The notes under the pieces: model-generated | What the model was told of the DNA's origin: nothing | The model's input: only the letters and a program-made list of their open reading frames with translations | Databases searched by the model: none | Shown here: positions 49,780-64,000 of the stretch, in pieces | How positions within the stretch are numbered: position 1 is the first letter of the stretch | Layout of the letters: every line of letters begins with the position of its first letter | Program-made: the position numbers and the translations under genes | Source of the DNA: Tubulanus polymorphus | Lineage: Eukaryota; Animalia; Nemertea | Length of the DNA stretch: 64,000 bases | NCBI RefSeq assembly: GCF_964204645.1 | Contig: NC_134030.1 | Location: forward strand, 13,696,656 to 13,760,655 | Direction of reading: 5' to 3'

Positions 49780-50600
49780 ATCGCGTTAACCCTGAAGTAA
49801 AACCAATACAACCAATTTTTCTAAATCATGTATGCAGAAATATGTAGAGATAAGGTAAAAGATATATAAAGCGTTAATTAAGATAGGAGAGAATTCATAA
49901 GAACTGAATAGGAACATTAAACATTGAAAATAGAAATTACCGAGAAATAACTAAATCTTTTAATTTCTAATCTGAGTAATGAAGTAAACAAGCTCCTATT
50001 TTATTCTATAACATGGGCTATGATATGTGTGGCACCTTCTCATGTCAATCAGTCTAATTATAAAAATATATAAATATAATTATATCTAATTAAGAAGAAA
50101 CAATTAATTTTTTACTAAAAATGAAAGCAATAGCAACGCGATTTCACTCTAATAGCTTGTGACATCAGAAACTTCATTCTATTGTCAATTGGTAAATTAT
50201 TTTCCTGCCTCAGTATATATTGTACAATAGGCAGCCAAGCTAAAGATTATTGGTCCCATTATTGTTAACATCTAAAATTTCTAGAATAACTCATACTATG
50301 ATTGGATCCCTCGAAATACAATGAATACCCTGGTAGTTGGCTAAATGGCTTAACATGATGAAGAAGTTTTAGATATTCATACAAGCTAACAGCGCCATAT
50401 TCTTATACTACACTACTAAATTCAGATATGAATGGGAAACTAGATTTAAAGTTAAAGAAAGCTTTTACTAGACTTATTCCTGGAGTAGATGTTATGCAGA
50501 TAATACACTCTTATCAAACCTTATGTAGAAAGTTTCAAACCTGTTTGATTAAAACTGATAAATCCTTAGATGTAAACCAGTTCGGTCTATCTTTCTAAAG
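49780..50600 (-). mobile_element. Highly decayed CR1-like LINE remnant
   Basis: Scattered ORF2-like peptides (NWFTS, LPGYSLY, YISFTLSL-type region); weak. Confidence 0.35.
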
Positions 50601-52854
50601 GAGGTGAAGAAAAAACAATGAACAAATTTTATTTTCCACATCAAGAATAAAACCTAGGAATCAAATAATTGAAGTGTGTAGGCCTACATGAAATACGGAA
50701 AGTAAAATTTCTATAACAAAAGAAATCTGTATTTCAAAGAATACGATAAATCATCTCGTAATGCTACAGCATGTTTTGAATGATTTGTATGTATAATATG
50801 GTTTCAATGAGAGCTTACCTCTTTACGGGGCGAGTGAATGATCTGTGTCGGGTCATGTCGTCGCGTACCTTTAGTGTTGGGGGCTCCGCCACCAGGTCGA
50901 TCCCAGAAATTATCAAACACTACTTGATGCTGTCAACAATATGGAAATAAAAGTAAGAATGCCAATCATAAAGCAAATTGACGCCTATGGAACATTAATA
51001 AAAACAAAATTAACAACAATTAATCCCATATGGAATATAACATAGTTGACTGTGAATAGACAGTTTAGATCGATGTTCCAGGTGATGATATTAAACAAGA
51101 ATTACAAATATAGCTGCAAAGCAGTTATAAAGGTTTTTCAGCATAGCTGCGTCATAACTATTTCAAATGAAGGGGTTTATCGAAAATCAAAATGTGTGTT
51201 GTATTTCTGGTATTGGAACCTGATGTGATAACTGCCATCACTCCTACATCTGTAATTGTTTAGAAAGGTTACCAGAGATCCCTATGGTCAAAGTGCTTCT
51301 ATTTTAGAACATGGGACATGGGTGGCACCTTCTTAATAGAATCACAGTTGAATCATAACTGCAGCTAAACCAGACTAGCATGCACTGATGCAGAGTTAAG
51401 AGAACACAACCTTGTGATTTGATATTATAAGCAAGTTGAAATAAATAGCTTAACTATCATTGCAATGACTTCCGACTTTATTGACTAAACTTACCAACTT
51501 CGGCTAATATGATACTTTGTTTCTCCCCCTTCTCTGGCCACCAAATTGACCAGGCAGGTCTTTTTTTATAATTTGAAAAAACAAGGGGTTCAGAAACACC
51601 TTGCCCACTGGGAAGGGGTTTGGAATGCTCAACAATCAAATTTCAATATTCAATGCCCCTGGAGAACATATAAAAAGCCAATGACTGTGTAACTCATAAC
51701 GATCATAGAGCATGTTAGTAGCTACAATTTTGCAGCAAAATATGCCTAGGTAACAATACAATATGAAAATATCAAGTTATTTAATTGGCTATTCAATGCC
51801 CACTGGTGTCAATTGAAACAAACCAATGACCTTGAAACTCACAACCAGAAAGAAACTTTCCATGATGGGTTTCTGTGTAATTGTTTCTGTTTCATTCACC
51901 GAACTCGCTGTCAAAAAGGCGATTCTCGATATAAATAGTAATGGGTTTTCCCCGCGGGATACCCGCTTTGGGAAAGGCACCTGAATCGATGCTACGAGTT
52001 CGAATCCCAATATTTAGACGTAATTTATTATTCTTTGAAATAAATTCTTAGAATTTCTATTTATGATAGGATGTGCAGGTTTTGATTTGGTAATGATGTT
52101 AATAAAAGTTAACCTCTTAAGGTATTGTTTTCTATCTATTATTTGTGACGGATTAGTTTCGATGCTCCTCACAACCCGCCCCACCACGTGTCACTTATTC
52201 ACGGACATGCGGATTGTATCATTTGTAATAGGCCTACCACATGAGAGAGTCCATGGCCTACCGTAGAATAGTAGGGCCTACCGATCACGCTATGTGCGAT
52301 GAAAGTAGTGTTTGAATAAAACAAATTTTTAATGAAATAAACATTATTTATCATAATTTATCAATAGATCAGGTGCCGCCTAAATAATTGTTTGTTTCGT
52401 GAAATTTGTACAAAACTTTGCGACTTCGTCATGTCTTGTGACCCTGAAAATACTAGAAGAATCATCGGTAAGCTTATAAAACGGCGAGGTCAACATAGTA
52501 ACAACAACTTCGGGGATTGAAAAAAAAAAAACTCGAAAGAATTATTTCTTATACTGATGAGTTATACTGATGGGGAGTAGCGACCGTCATTGACACCGGT
52601 TATTTATCCATTCACTATCAAATGTGACGAGCCCAATAAATGATTGCGCATAGATTCGGCCTCTCGGCATTTAGCACAGCAGTTCCGAGTAGTGTTAAGA
52701 CCGATCAGCGCGCGCGCTATCTAAAACCGGTGCTAGTACGATCAATATCTACAGGTATGTTCGTGTTCAGTATTACACAGCGAGTACCAGTATGTTGATC
52801 GAGCGTCGTCGTAGCAACGCGCTATACAGCGGCTTGAACTAGCGAGTAACGTTA

Positions 52855-53004
52855 ATTATCTTTTAACCAAATTAGAGCACTTATAACCATCGGAATCAAA
52901 TATAAACCAAGCTGCACCATCTACATCAAGTAGAGAATACCTGTGTGAAATTACAGAATTGTCGGTCCACACAAACAGCTTAAATCGTGTCATAAAGAAA
53001 CATC

Positions 53005-53036
<32 letters not shown>

Positions 53037-54260
53037 TGACGACGATGCCATAGATGGGTTCTGATGACGAAACCCATCAAAAATTAAAGAACATGTCATG
53101 AGCTACAACTTCGCAATTGATTGCGGATACAAAATATCGATACTGCAGATCATTTCCTACCTGTGGTCCAAGTTTGAAAAAAATATCTCGAGAAATAAAA
53201 TCTTAATCGCACTAACGTCATTTTCCAATGCAACCCCCTGTGGTCATAAAACTACACGACCTTACTTCATGTTCAACAAAATTTACCTGCTCTTTGTCTG
53301 TATTAAACTTCAGGATCCTAGGTGAAATTATTCAGTAGTTATAGATAGATAATAGTTATGCGGTGGCAGAAAGACACGTCGAAGTCTATTCCCCTTACTT
53401 TCATTGGAGCGGGGAGATAAAAAGATTGAATTTCCAAATATGGATATAAAAGGCAGGTAAAAACAAGAGTAATGACCCATTGACAGCAAATTAATGTTTT
53501 TAAGTGACATATTGCAATATTGCTAGTATCGAATACAAAAAAAAAAAACTACGAGCGAATAGTCACGGAGACTGGGTGGGCATCCCATGTTTATGCAATG
53601 CAGTTCTTTTCAAGTACCAGACATGAGGCCCACGGGCCTTATCCCTTTCATGACGCGGTAGCAGAATGATTCAGTATTCAAAATTTTACAGAAAGATTAC
53701 CATCGTAACCAGGTAACAAGATTTAAAATGGTTAAGATGGTATAGGCTATGTGACGATAATGTTCATTTTCTGTTTAAATATATCCTTACATGAAAAGAC
53801 AAGCCCATTTTAGCTGCCTCAAACATCACACTACATGAAAAACATCGTGCTGAAAAGAAATCCAAGATGGATGGCAACCCTGGCTGACATACTTGACCTC
53901 AATTTTCAATAAGGGGTAGACATTTCACCTACCAAAATTCTTACACTAAGTATCATGAAAATGCATCAAGCATTGCAGGCCATTTCACGCTAGAAATTCA
54001 AGATGGCTGCCCTGGTGGCCATATTTGAAAGCCAATGACCTCGATATAAAATAGGCATGGACAGCTTACTTACCCTGATCGTCACACCAAATTTTGCAGA
54101 AATCCATCAAGAATTGCGGGTTGCATCGTGCAAACAAGAAATTCAAGATGGCCACCCCAATGGCAGACATATTTGATCACCACTTACCTTTTTTACAATA
54201 GGGGTGGACACCCCTCCAGACCCAATCTTCAAGCTAATTTTCAAAAAGATTCATCACAAA
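52855..54260 (-). mobile_element. Cluster of HINE fragments (other families)
   Basis: (GACA)n microsatellite next to hairpin gatgggtt...aacccatc at 53010..53080; stem-loop aggcccacgggcct at ~53626; repeated aattcaagatggc units at 53860..54160. Confidence 0.55.
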
Positions 54261-57200
54261 TTTCAGGCGAATACTTCTATTCAGATGATTTTAATGTTTG
54301 CCGCCACCGCTAGGAGCGCTAGTGTTCAGTCACCTAGGCCAAAGGCGAAATGAAAATCGTCCGAAATCGACAGTTTGAGTAAAATTTAACGAAATTAACA
54401 AACTATGAACCATAAGGAGCCACAGGGCATTGAAGATTGAAGTATTTTATAATTTTTCAGTACATGAATGTACTGTTATATGCCTTTCATTCCTAAAAAA
54501 TTACTTTTAATAAGATAAATCAGCAATGCAATAACAAATGCTGTTACAGGCCATAGATGGCAGCACTATACGGTCATTATTGTCAGATATTTTTGGAAAC
54601 TACCTACCATTATAATTATCTTGCAGATATAAAGGAGTTATCCATATAAGTTAGAATGATAAATAATACCAATAAAACGAGAAAATAACAAAATTATGAC
54701 TGTAAAACTGTAGATGTTGAGATTCCATCATGAAGCTGCAGCAAGCAAATATACGTGTTGCGTAGATTCTCATGTGAAGGATTAGACTTCTCCAATAAAA
54801 TCGTCAAAAAAGCTACGAAACCAATTCAAAATATACTTTTGATCATTTCAAAAAAAAAGTTAAACACTTGGAACCTACTACAATTTGGAGTTAGCAAGAG
54901 TAGGGGATCTCTGTTTAAATGTATTTCTAGGATGAATACAAAAGTCACCCACATTTCAATGCATTTTGCCTTTGAGGTAGGTGACCCAACACTAGCGCCA
55001 CTAACGGCAGTGGCTAACATTACAACTATCTGAATAGAAGTATTGCTATGTTGAATTCAATTCAATCATATATACATGGCTTGGCTTAGGGCTATGCAAT
55101 TAAGAGTCAATTAAGAATGGACTTTTTTAAAAACCAGCACAGATGCCTATTCAAATCACATGTAATTCAAAAATTCAGAGCTTCTTAGTTTAATGTCCCT
55201 GTTTGCATCGCGCACATGGTTTTATATTATTGTTTACATCGAACACCTTCAACAGCTGATACAACCTCACCCACGCCTGTCAATCATCATCTTAATTGAT
55301 TCATATACAAAAATGCTCCACCATGAAAATACTATGCGGTGAATCAATCTGGAAGCAGAATATCAGACACTAGGTACCTTCCTGTATAGGTTTATTTGTT
55401 GTGTGTCATTAACAATGAGTTATATAATACTTTATTCATAACTTTGAAGCGGTGTGCCGGAGTGCCAGCAACGAACGCTCAAGCAAGGTCAGTCATGTAG
55501 GCCAACATTAATACGAAACAGACCCTGGTTTCTCGCGGTTGAGCGCCTCTCCATATAAATTACAGGGACTATAGTGCACCAATCGTTGACACTAACCTCT
55601 AATAAACTTTGTACAATCAAGATAATTCCACCCTAATTCCACTATTCAACGATCGACGCGCAGCTTAAACATGGCGCTGTCATTTAGTAGGGTATTCATA
55701 ATGCATCTCTACGCACTCTATCAAAACACATTGGAATTACAGAAGTGTTTGACTTGAGAAAAACGATCAAAATCTAGCAATTTGATTTGGAAAATATCAG
55801 CACTATAGTTCAAAAAGGTTGATAAACCACCTCCAACTGTCTAATCATTTTAAAGCTTTGCCTTCATATGGAACTATTTCCCCCTTATCACAGGTGCGTT
55901 CTGCCGCAGTGATTCGCCCGTTCAACGATAGAAACTTTCCCACGGTCTTACTATCGTCATTTTCTAATGATTTAGGAAAATATTTTTAATAAATTGCCCA
56001 TGGGCAAAGTGTGGTTTACCTTGAAAGCTAGAGGTTGTTTGGGGTAAGGGCATTGCTTGAAAAATCTTTTGAATTCGTGACTTCAAAGTTCTATCTTGTA
56101 TTTCATCTTTCTCAAAGAATTATTTTGTAGTCAAATAAGACCAAAAATATACATTTTGTAGGGTACAGGTAGGGGCGGCAGGGAAACTATTTTATATTTT
56201 CAAAGAAATATTTTTCACAATATGAAAAAATATTCAAATAAAATTCATATGATGTCACATATCAGAGGGTGGCTGAATATTTAGTCTTGGAAACCTCTTC
56301 CAATGTATGGCCACGGAATCTAATTCAGCGCAGTAAGAAATCGGCGTATTAGATCGTTTTAAATCCTGGAATTTACTACTACGATAGTCAGACCTCGACC
56401 TATACTTGTAGTTTGCTGCTTAATATTTTCAGGTCACAAGAAATTACAATTTATTATAAATTATATCAAACGGAAAACATAGCGCAAAAGTTGACCATGT
56501 ACATCGACGGAGGTTCGTCATGTCTTCAAGCGCATCGATTATACATCGTTTTACCTGAGAACCAATGAAACAAATGCTCACATAAAAAAACGTACTGCGA
56601 TTTTACATGAAATTGGCTCAATGCCAACTTCATATCGCTGACAAAGGTAAACCAAAAAGTGAAATTTCATACTCTGCATTAATAAGATTAAAGTATTTAT
56701 TCGTTTGACAAATCTTCGTCTGAACTCCCACCAACAAGCTATTAGTGGGACACGAAAATGACGTCATCGACTCACTACCATCTTACAACCTTCATGACTA
56801 TGTCATGAAGGTGATAAAAAGGTTTGGCCTCTTTGTCATAAGAAGAACCAAACACTTAACTCCTTCTGTGGTCCTGAGCATCAGAATGAAGTTCCTAAAT
56901 ATAACATTTTTTTTCTAAAATGAAAAACAATACGGAATACGGAAACCAATACACCAATTCAGATTTTTTCACAAATTGATTACATGATTATTGCCACCTC
57001 AACGAGCAACGTGTTTATTTCAATTGCAATCAACATCAATGGCCTTGAACCTTCAACAGCAATACTGTCGCCAATAATCTTTTCTTACCACGGATTCATT
57101 GGACAGGTTTAAGTGCGGATCTCGCTCCATTGAATTTCCCCATTTTTGTATAACAGATAATAAAAGGACCATAAGGTCTATATGGTCGAAGACATAGTTT

Positions 57201-57726
57201 AAAATTGACAAGTAGTGAGAAGTGGATGCACGAGGAGATGTCAGTTTACTCATTAGTGAAAAAAGATTCAACTTTCTCATTATATCATTATTCTACTATG
57301 CACACCATACAAGGTATTTTTTGTCTGTTTATCTAAGTCGGTGTGTGTTTACATGCGACGTGATGCTGCTTACCTCAATGTGTGTATAAAAGCACTACTG
57401 CCTCTAGCCTACACCATGTACTAACTAACTCGGGGGAATCCCCAACATTACTGCTTCAAGTGGCGCAGTTTGTGTAGATAATGTGATGCGGGCATTACTG
57501 GTTATTTTCATGAAGAAAATGCCTCACTTGCACTGTCAAGAAATAAAATTCGGGCTAGTGACAAATCTGCAGTAGAGTCAATAATCTACTGATCCTCTCC
57601 CAGTCAGTCTTAACCATAAACTGCGCAGTTTCTTATCAACTTTACTTTTGAATGTATAAGTGCGCAAGCACCTGTCAGGATAGTGATAACACTTCATTGC
57701 TGCAGATCTCTCCTCCACTGTCTATC

Positions 57727-58875
57727 CGGTGTTGTCATATCGCGGAAAGACGGAATCGCGGAATTTTCCAAAAACGCGGAATTTCTTCATTTTTACTTTA
57801 AATAGTAAACGAGTTTTCCCACGGGGATACCCACTGTCGGACAGCGCACCGGACCGATCGATGCAACGAGTTAGGTTCGAATCCCATTATTTGCAGGCAA
57901 TTTTATATGGAAATATTATATTACGATACCGTTGACTGGCTGCCACCTGTAGAAGAAGTCAGAATCAAGTGGGGTGAAAGAGACCAGGCACCTAATGTCT
58001 ATTTCTACTAGGCAAACTTCGGTTATCGAAGTTCATCGACTTTTTGAGAACTTCAGATACGAATATTATCAGATAAATATTGAGCACGTTCGCGGTGTAG
58101 GACCGTAGTTGTAGATGGTTGCAAACATGAAATCCTACGACCAAACAAGTACCGGTTCAAATTCCTTTGAAATTATTATAATTTTACGGCCGTCCAGTAC
58201 CGGTACCAATAAGATTCTTTTGATCCAAATAATCAGCATAGGGACATATATGTTATAGCAGTCACAAAGTGAACATTAAAAAAAACGAAACCATTTTATA
58301 ATCTTTCATATCATTTAATTCTAAAAGATAAACCACATTCGCTTATAACAACAATGTAGACACACAACACGCATGAACAATCCTAAGCCAGAATGAAATA
58401 TACGTAATGTCTATTTATTTTCGTCTGACATCGATCCAGTTCCACAGTTGTGAGTTAACTCTCAGTTACTTAGAATCAATTCATTTCCAATGTTTTAAAT
58501 CGAGAGACCAGAGTCAGATCTTAACTCGGAAATGAGTCCTGGAGAATGACCCATGATGTCATCACAAATCCTACGTTTACGTACCATCGATTTGTATTCC
58601 TTCAGTTAATGCAGCGATACTCTGTATCACTGAATTCGCAAAGCACGTATTGCCTAGGTTCTCCATTATTTGGAACAGTATCGTTAAGTTGTTGACTGGC
58701 GATATAATAAATTATCAAATACTAATTCCCGGTGTTGAAAACCTGGGTCCGGTGCCCTGTCCGACAGTGGGTATCCCCGTGGGAAAACCCCGTTTACTAT
58801 TTATAGTAAAAATGAAGAAATTCCGCGTTTTTGGTAAATTCCGCGATTCCGTCTTTCCGCGATATGACAACACCG
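57727..58875. mobile_element. Non-autonomous DNA transposon with ~130-bp TIRs and 9-bp TSD (MULE- or hAT-like)
   Basis: cggtgttgtcatatcgcggaaagacgg... at both ends in inverted orientation; exact flanking duplication ctgtctatc (57718..57726, 58876..58884). Confidence 0.9.
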
Positions 58876-59560
58876 CTGTCTATCCTTGCTTGTCAGAGTT
58901 CCGGTATCGCCCCTGAACTTGCTTCAACTAGCCCCCTGGCCTCACAGCACGAGATTTTATTACTGGCGCTCTTGCGCATGACGTCATATATCAACTTGCA
59001 AAATAATTCCTGGTAAGCTTACATGTTCGCTGATTGGTCCACATCCAACAGAAGCCTAATGTGTCCCACGTAAGTATCCCTCAGAAATGCAAATTTTACT
59101 CCGGAAAATTATCATATGTCCTTCAGGATACATTACTGGGGGCACATATTAGAATGAATAGCCAAGCACCAGGCGGCGGGTAAGGCTCCCAAAAAATGAG
59201 TGTAGGCGAAGGCCTAAAATAACGCATGTTCAACAATGAAAAAACTTACCCCGGAAACCGTGCAAGGACCAAATCACCAACTAGACCTGCGTTCAGTGGT
59301 GAAATAGGCCCCGCAAAGATAATTACCTGCATCCAGCATATGGACTCTAAACTAGACTCATGACCGGAGCAAACAGATAAAATATGTACATGTATATACA
59401 GATCTAAATCTAATCTAACCTGTAACCATGCAAAATGTATATATCTCGCAGCCCATGGGAGCGAATGAAACCATCACACTCTCCCCAGGAGCTCGGCAGG
59501 GACCCCCGGCCTAAACTCCCATACAGAACTGCAAAAATCAATATCGAAACAAAAAATCCA

Positions 59561-60600
59561 TCAATCATATTGATTCGGATCAAAAGGATCCGATGAATGA
59601 CCGGTATAAGAACTGGCGTGAGCAGAACTTAAAGGAATAACCCAAACACCCTGTGCAATGACAGCTGGGCCCACTGCCGAAAGAGAACCCAGCTGCCCTG
59701 AAACATCCTTCAAATAAAAGGAAGGAAAGGTATTCTGACTACTCCAGAACGCCCATCGACAAACCTCTTCGATGGACGTGCCCGAAAATGCTGCCATGAA
59801 GTCGCCATCGAACGAACCTGATGACTGACAACACGAGCAGGCTCGGCATCTATCGACGATAAAGCCTCACGAATTAGGTCTGAGACCCAACGAGCAATAG
59901 TATCCTCAAAGAGAGGCTGTCCGATGCAAATAAAATCTTAACGCCCGCACCGGACAAAGCGCCCGGTCCGGAGGCTCTGATTGAACCCTATGAGTCAGAG
60001 CCTCAACCCTCCACTCTATACCAACCGCACGCAGTCTTTGATTCTTAGTGATAAAGTTGGGGTAAGGGTGGAGAACAACAAAACGATGACAGGGGCTGAA
60101 AAGGATATGACCAGGTAGAGTCGTTAATGCATGAATCTCGGACCTCCTGGCCGACATAGCCAGAAAAAGAAGAAACACTGTTTTCTTAGAGAAAGGCTCA
60201 CTTCGGAGAGAGGTTCATACGGACAAGCCATGAGAAACCTTAGGACCACCCCCACCCAAATCCCATGGAGGGATATCCCGAGGCACTTTCGTCAGCGCTA
60301 CTTTGAAACCCGCAATGAGCTGAGAAACACGGGGATCAGTAGTTAAGTCCTGGATACCAGCCGCACTGAAAGTATGGCCAATAGCGGACCGGTAACCCTT
60401 AATAGTTACAGAAAGAGGAATAGTTAAAGAAAGAGGAAAAAATCAGCAAGAGCGGCTACAGGGGGAGAGCATGGATCAATCCCCTGTTGACTACACCAAT
60501 CCCTATAGAGCTTCCATTTGGAGTCGTAAATCCCTCCTGTACTAAGGCACTTGGATTTAGCGAGGATGAACGAGGAAGCCCTGACTGAAAACCCTGCAAA
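59561..60600 (-). pseudogene. DIRS tyrosine recombinase
   Basis: STGGIYDSKWKLYRDWC, FLLFLAMSARRSEIHAL, LCPVRALRFY, H.VR, FYLKD; frameshifted. Confidence 0.88.
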
Positions 60601-60759
60601 ACACCAGGCGTCGCTCGACAACGACCAGGCGTGAAGGATGAGCATTTGTAGAGCCGGATGCCTCTGGAAACCCCTCTGAGACAGGGGGAACGGAAATTGC
60701 GGGAGGCATCTGGGGTTGTCGCACAAGAGGTTGAGAAGACGAGTGAACCACACCTGAGC

Positions 60760-62200
60760 TGGTCAGCAAGGCGCAATCAGAACTATCGCACAGGAGGACG
60801 CCAGCTCTATCTGGTGGAGGACTGCTAATAAGACTTGAATCCGGGGTAACCATACACCAGGATCCCGTCCCAGTGAAACGAGAACGCCACAGGTGAATCC
60901 CTTGGGCCTGACACCAGAGGAGAATCTCTGTCGCAAGGTCGGTAAGTGTAACCGATCTGGGCCTCCCTGGTTCTGAAGATAGGCCCTGTCTGATTGTCGG
61001 TGGCTAACCACAAGTGTCTGCCTATCAACCTACTACGAAAGGAACCCAGAGCCTTGCGGACCGCCAACAGCTCTAAATGGTTGATATGGAGAAGCCCCTC
61101 CTGATGAGACCATCTCTCGGCCTTCTGCAAAGTCTCCAGATGGGCGCCCCAACCGGCGTGACTCACGTCGGTAAACAACTGGAGGGGAGCTCGGAGAGGA
61201 GCCAGAGATGTACCCTTCCTGAGGTTGCGAAAAGACATCCACCAACTTAGTCCTGGAACCAGAGCGGGAGGAGGAAGCGGAAGCAAAACGTCCCAATCTC
61301 CTCTCGATCGTAGCCAGCAGGCCTTCCAGAAATGTTGAAATGTCCGGCTGTGGAGGCGACCCAGTGGAATCACCAGGGACATGGAGCTCATATGTCCGAG
61401 GACTCGGGACCAGTACCACGATGACTGAGGAGAGCTCGACAGGCCGGATACAGCTTCCCGGAGCTTGTCTACCCTGGCTTGGGTGGGATATAAACAACCC
61501 TTGTGAAGGTCGAACTCCATGCCCAGATTCTGACACTTCTCGAGATTTATCCTGAAGCCCAAGTCCCACACCAGGTCCAGCACCAAGTTGATGGACGCCT
61601 GACATTTGTCCTGAGAGTTGCCCACAATTAACCAGTCGTCCAGTTACACGAAATCTGCACCCCTTTTTTCTGAAGATATCGTTGAACTGGCTTGACTAGC
61701 TTGGTGAACACCCAGGGCGCCCAGCTAAGACCGCAAGGGAGGGCCGAGAACTGGTACTGGCGACCCTTCCACTTGACCCGGAGGAAGCGACGAGACTTGG
61801 GTGAATCGGCACCTGAAAGTATGCATCTTTCAAATCGATCGGCACCCTGAGATGCCTGTTGAGAAGCGACAGGTCTATCACAGTGCGTAGGCCTGCCGAA
61901 GCCTTGGCACTGTAAAAACTCTTGAGTTCCAGCCTGGAGAGGACTGGTTTTAAACCGGCTGGAGAGCCCCCTTCTGAAGCAATCCTTGATTGCAGGGGTA
62001 ATATGTGACACTTGACCTCTCTTGGGTCGCATGTCTGGAGGCTGTCTCATCAGGCGAAGCTTTGATTCGAATTGCAGACGGAAACCTTTAAAGACTACTC
62101 TTTCGGCCCATCCGTCTCCAAACACATCTGACCAGCGGTCGGCTGCCATGTGGAGACAACCGCCCACTGGCCTGAGACCCTCAATGCTGCAATTTCCGAA
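60760..62200 (-). pseudogene. DIRS reverse transcriptase / RNase H / methyltransferase
   Basis: Motifs distributed over ORFs 61628..62341, 61696..61881, 60825..61625, 60763..61011. Confidence 0.88.
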
Positions 62201-62700
62201 AGGGTTTGGCAGAGGACTTTCCCCTACCCTTACCCTTGAAGGACCTGCCTCTTCCTCGGCTACCCGCCCAAGACGAGTGTCCAGAAAAAGACGAATCCTG
62301 GCTTTGCGGAGGAACCGGGGGGGGGGGGGGCTATTGCACAAGCAGTCTGCACCGGCTTTCTCGGAATCTTGAAAGGTCTATTAGACTTCGCCTGTGAATC
62401 CTTGATTTTTTGGTACTCCGCTGCCACTGGAGCACACCAGCCCGAAAAAAGGCGATTGGAGTGACCCAGCGGGGCCTGAAATTGAGAATCTTGGGTCACC
62501 TCTGGGAGCTTAGAGCCACAATCCTTTATAAATGAGGTCCTTGCCACCAGAATCATGTTAGCATGAGCCCTGACGGCAAGAAGAATCGCATGTGAAGCTG
62601 ACCGTCCCAGAGACTGGATTATCCTATCCATACCGGCCAGGGCAGACGCAACCTCTGAGGGATCCGCCATCTCCTTTTCCAGTAGGGACTGAACCTCCCT

Positions 62701-63688
62701 GGAAATACTAAGTTATTCTAAGATTCAACGCCCCCTGGTGACCATATTCAAAATCCAATGACCTCGAAACTCACCACAATTATAGAACATGTCATGAACT
62801 ACACCTTTGCAATTGATCATGGTAACAAAATATGCCTAGGTACCAATATAATAAGGAAATACTAAGTTATTCTACTATTCAATGCCCCCTGGTGACCATA
62901 TAGAATAACTAATGTCCTTAAAACTCGCAACAATCATAGATGATGTCATGAGCTACAACTTTCCAATTGATTGTGGTTACAAAATATGCATAGGTACAAA
63001 TATAATAAAGAAATGCTAAGATATTGTATTATTCCACGCCCTCTGGTGGCCATATACAAAATCCAATGACCTTGAAACTCACCACAATCATAGAACACGT
63101 TATGAGCTACAACTTTCTAATTGATTATAGTAGCAAAATACGCTTAGGTATCAATATAATGTGGAAAAACTTTTTCCCACTTAGTTATACTGTCTCAGGT
63201 ATAAAACATCCCTTTCCAAAGAATACCCATCACAAATTGCAATGAGAAATGGCAAACCAGTAGGAAGCTACAGGACTCAGAATTCGGGCCAAAATTAACA
63301 TTTTTGGGCACTAAAAAGGTCATAGAACGGCCATCTTGAGTCCGATCGACCCAATTTTTGTTATACTGATGGGCCCTGGGGGGATTCACATATATCCGAA
63401 AGATCAAGGTAATTGATCAAAGCGTCTTCAAAATTTCCCTCAAAAAGTTCAAAAATGTGTAAAAAGTGCTGATTTTGGCGAACAACAATGGCTGCCAGTC
63501 GGCCATCTTGATTCTGACAGGGCCAGTTTTTGGGCTGAAGATGTGTTTAGGGTAGATACATGTGTAACCCAAATATCAGACATTACCTTGAAGCGTCTTC
63601 AAAACTTCCCAAAATAACTGGATTCCGTCTACGGACGGACGGACGACGGACAAAAAGTGAACGCAATAGCCCGCTGGGACTAAAGTCT
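62701..63688 (-). mobile_element. HINE family 1 copy
   Basis: Close reverse complement of ~2498..3560 including (GGAC)n and the 154-bp repeats; abuts the DIRS gag region. Confidence 0.9.
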
Positions 63689-64000
63689 AAAAATATGTTT
63701 CACAATATGAAAAAATATTCAAATAAGGCCATCCCAAAATAATTGTCTGTTTGCCGCAACACCGACTCAACTTTTCAGGATGAGTTGATAGGTAGGTAGA
63801 AATTTTTTTTTGCAAAATTTTTGGGCAAAAAGAAAACAAATTTTTCACCTTTGGGCTTTATTACATGGAATCAATATCGCAAAAAAATCATATACGTTGT
63901 GCACGGGAATTTTGTCTAATAGCGTAGATTTGAAGAATTATTCTAAAATTATAACTTCGTCCAGAGCGTCATCTCTGTGTTAAAAATGAAACAGTACATT

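Larger units (their letters stand above)
59070..62700 (-). mobile_element. DIRS1-like tyrosine-recombinase retrotransposon, degenerate, 5' truncated
   Basis: Order gag-like (62260..62670), RT (IDLKDAYFQVPI, YQFSALPCGL..APWVFTK), RNase H (LFTDVSHAGWGA, HINHLELLAV, TDN), Dam-like methyltransferase remnant (FSFHW...YGYP, VLIAP), YR (ARRSEIHAL, LCPVRAL, HQVRS, W..TF..FYLKD); GC-richer than flanks. Confidence 0.93.

Noticed and set aside
1-64000. tRNA, rRNA or snRNA genes
   Set aside because: No convincing cloverleaf, A/B-box pair or rRNA-like sequence was seen by eye; a tRNAscan-SE/Infernal run would be needed to exclude them.

Overview
AT-rich, repeat-dense animal genomic DNA (most likely a marine invertebrate; inferred from the mix of Helentron-type HINEs, DIRS, Penelope, CR1/L2 LINEs and Polinton remnants). 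Host genes: (i) seven phase-compatible + strand exons (1719..30393) of a SKAP1/SKAP2-like adaptor (PH domain, tyrosine-motif linker, C-terminal SH3; 5' end outside the window); (ii) an intact single-coding-exon rhodopsin-class GPCR (13569..14804) nested on the same strand in the 17-kb intron of that gene; (iii) a probable terminal exon of a convergent - strand gene (45329..45508). The rest is mostly mobile DNA: scrambled pieces of a Polinton/Maverick-type endogenous virus (pPolB, major capsid, rve integrase, packaging ATPase, small membrane and Zn-finger genes), a degenerate DIRS1 element, a second DIRS/Ngaro gag fragment, LINE and Penelope fragments, several HINE families with internal satellites and several TIR/TSD-defined non-autonomous DNA transposons. 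Most interesting observations: the Polinton-like genes nearly all start at TAAATG (the poxvirus late-promoter motif) and one block begins with a 154-nt hairpin plus 92-bp iterons; and two 32/54-bp pure-palindrome insertions with 7-bp target-site duplications whose removal restores the reading frame of the host gag ORF.
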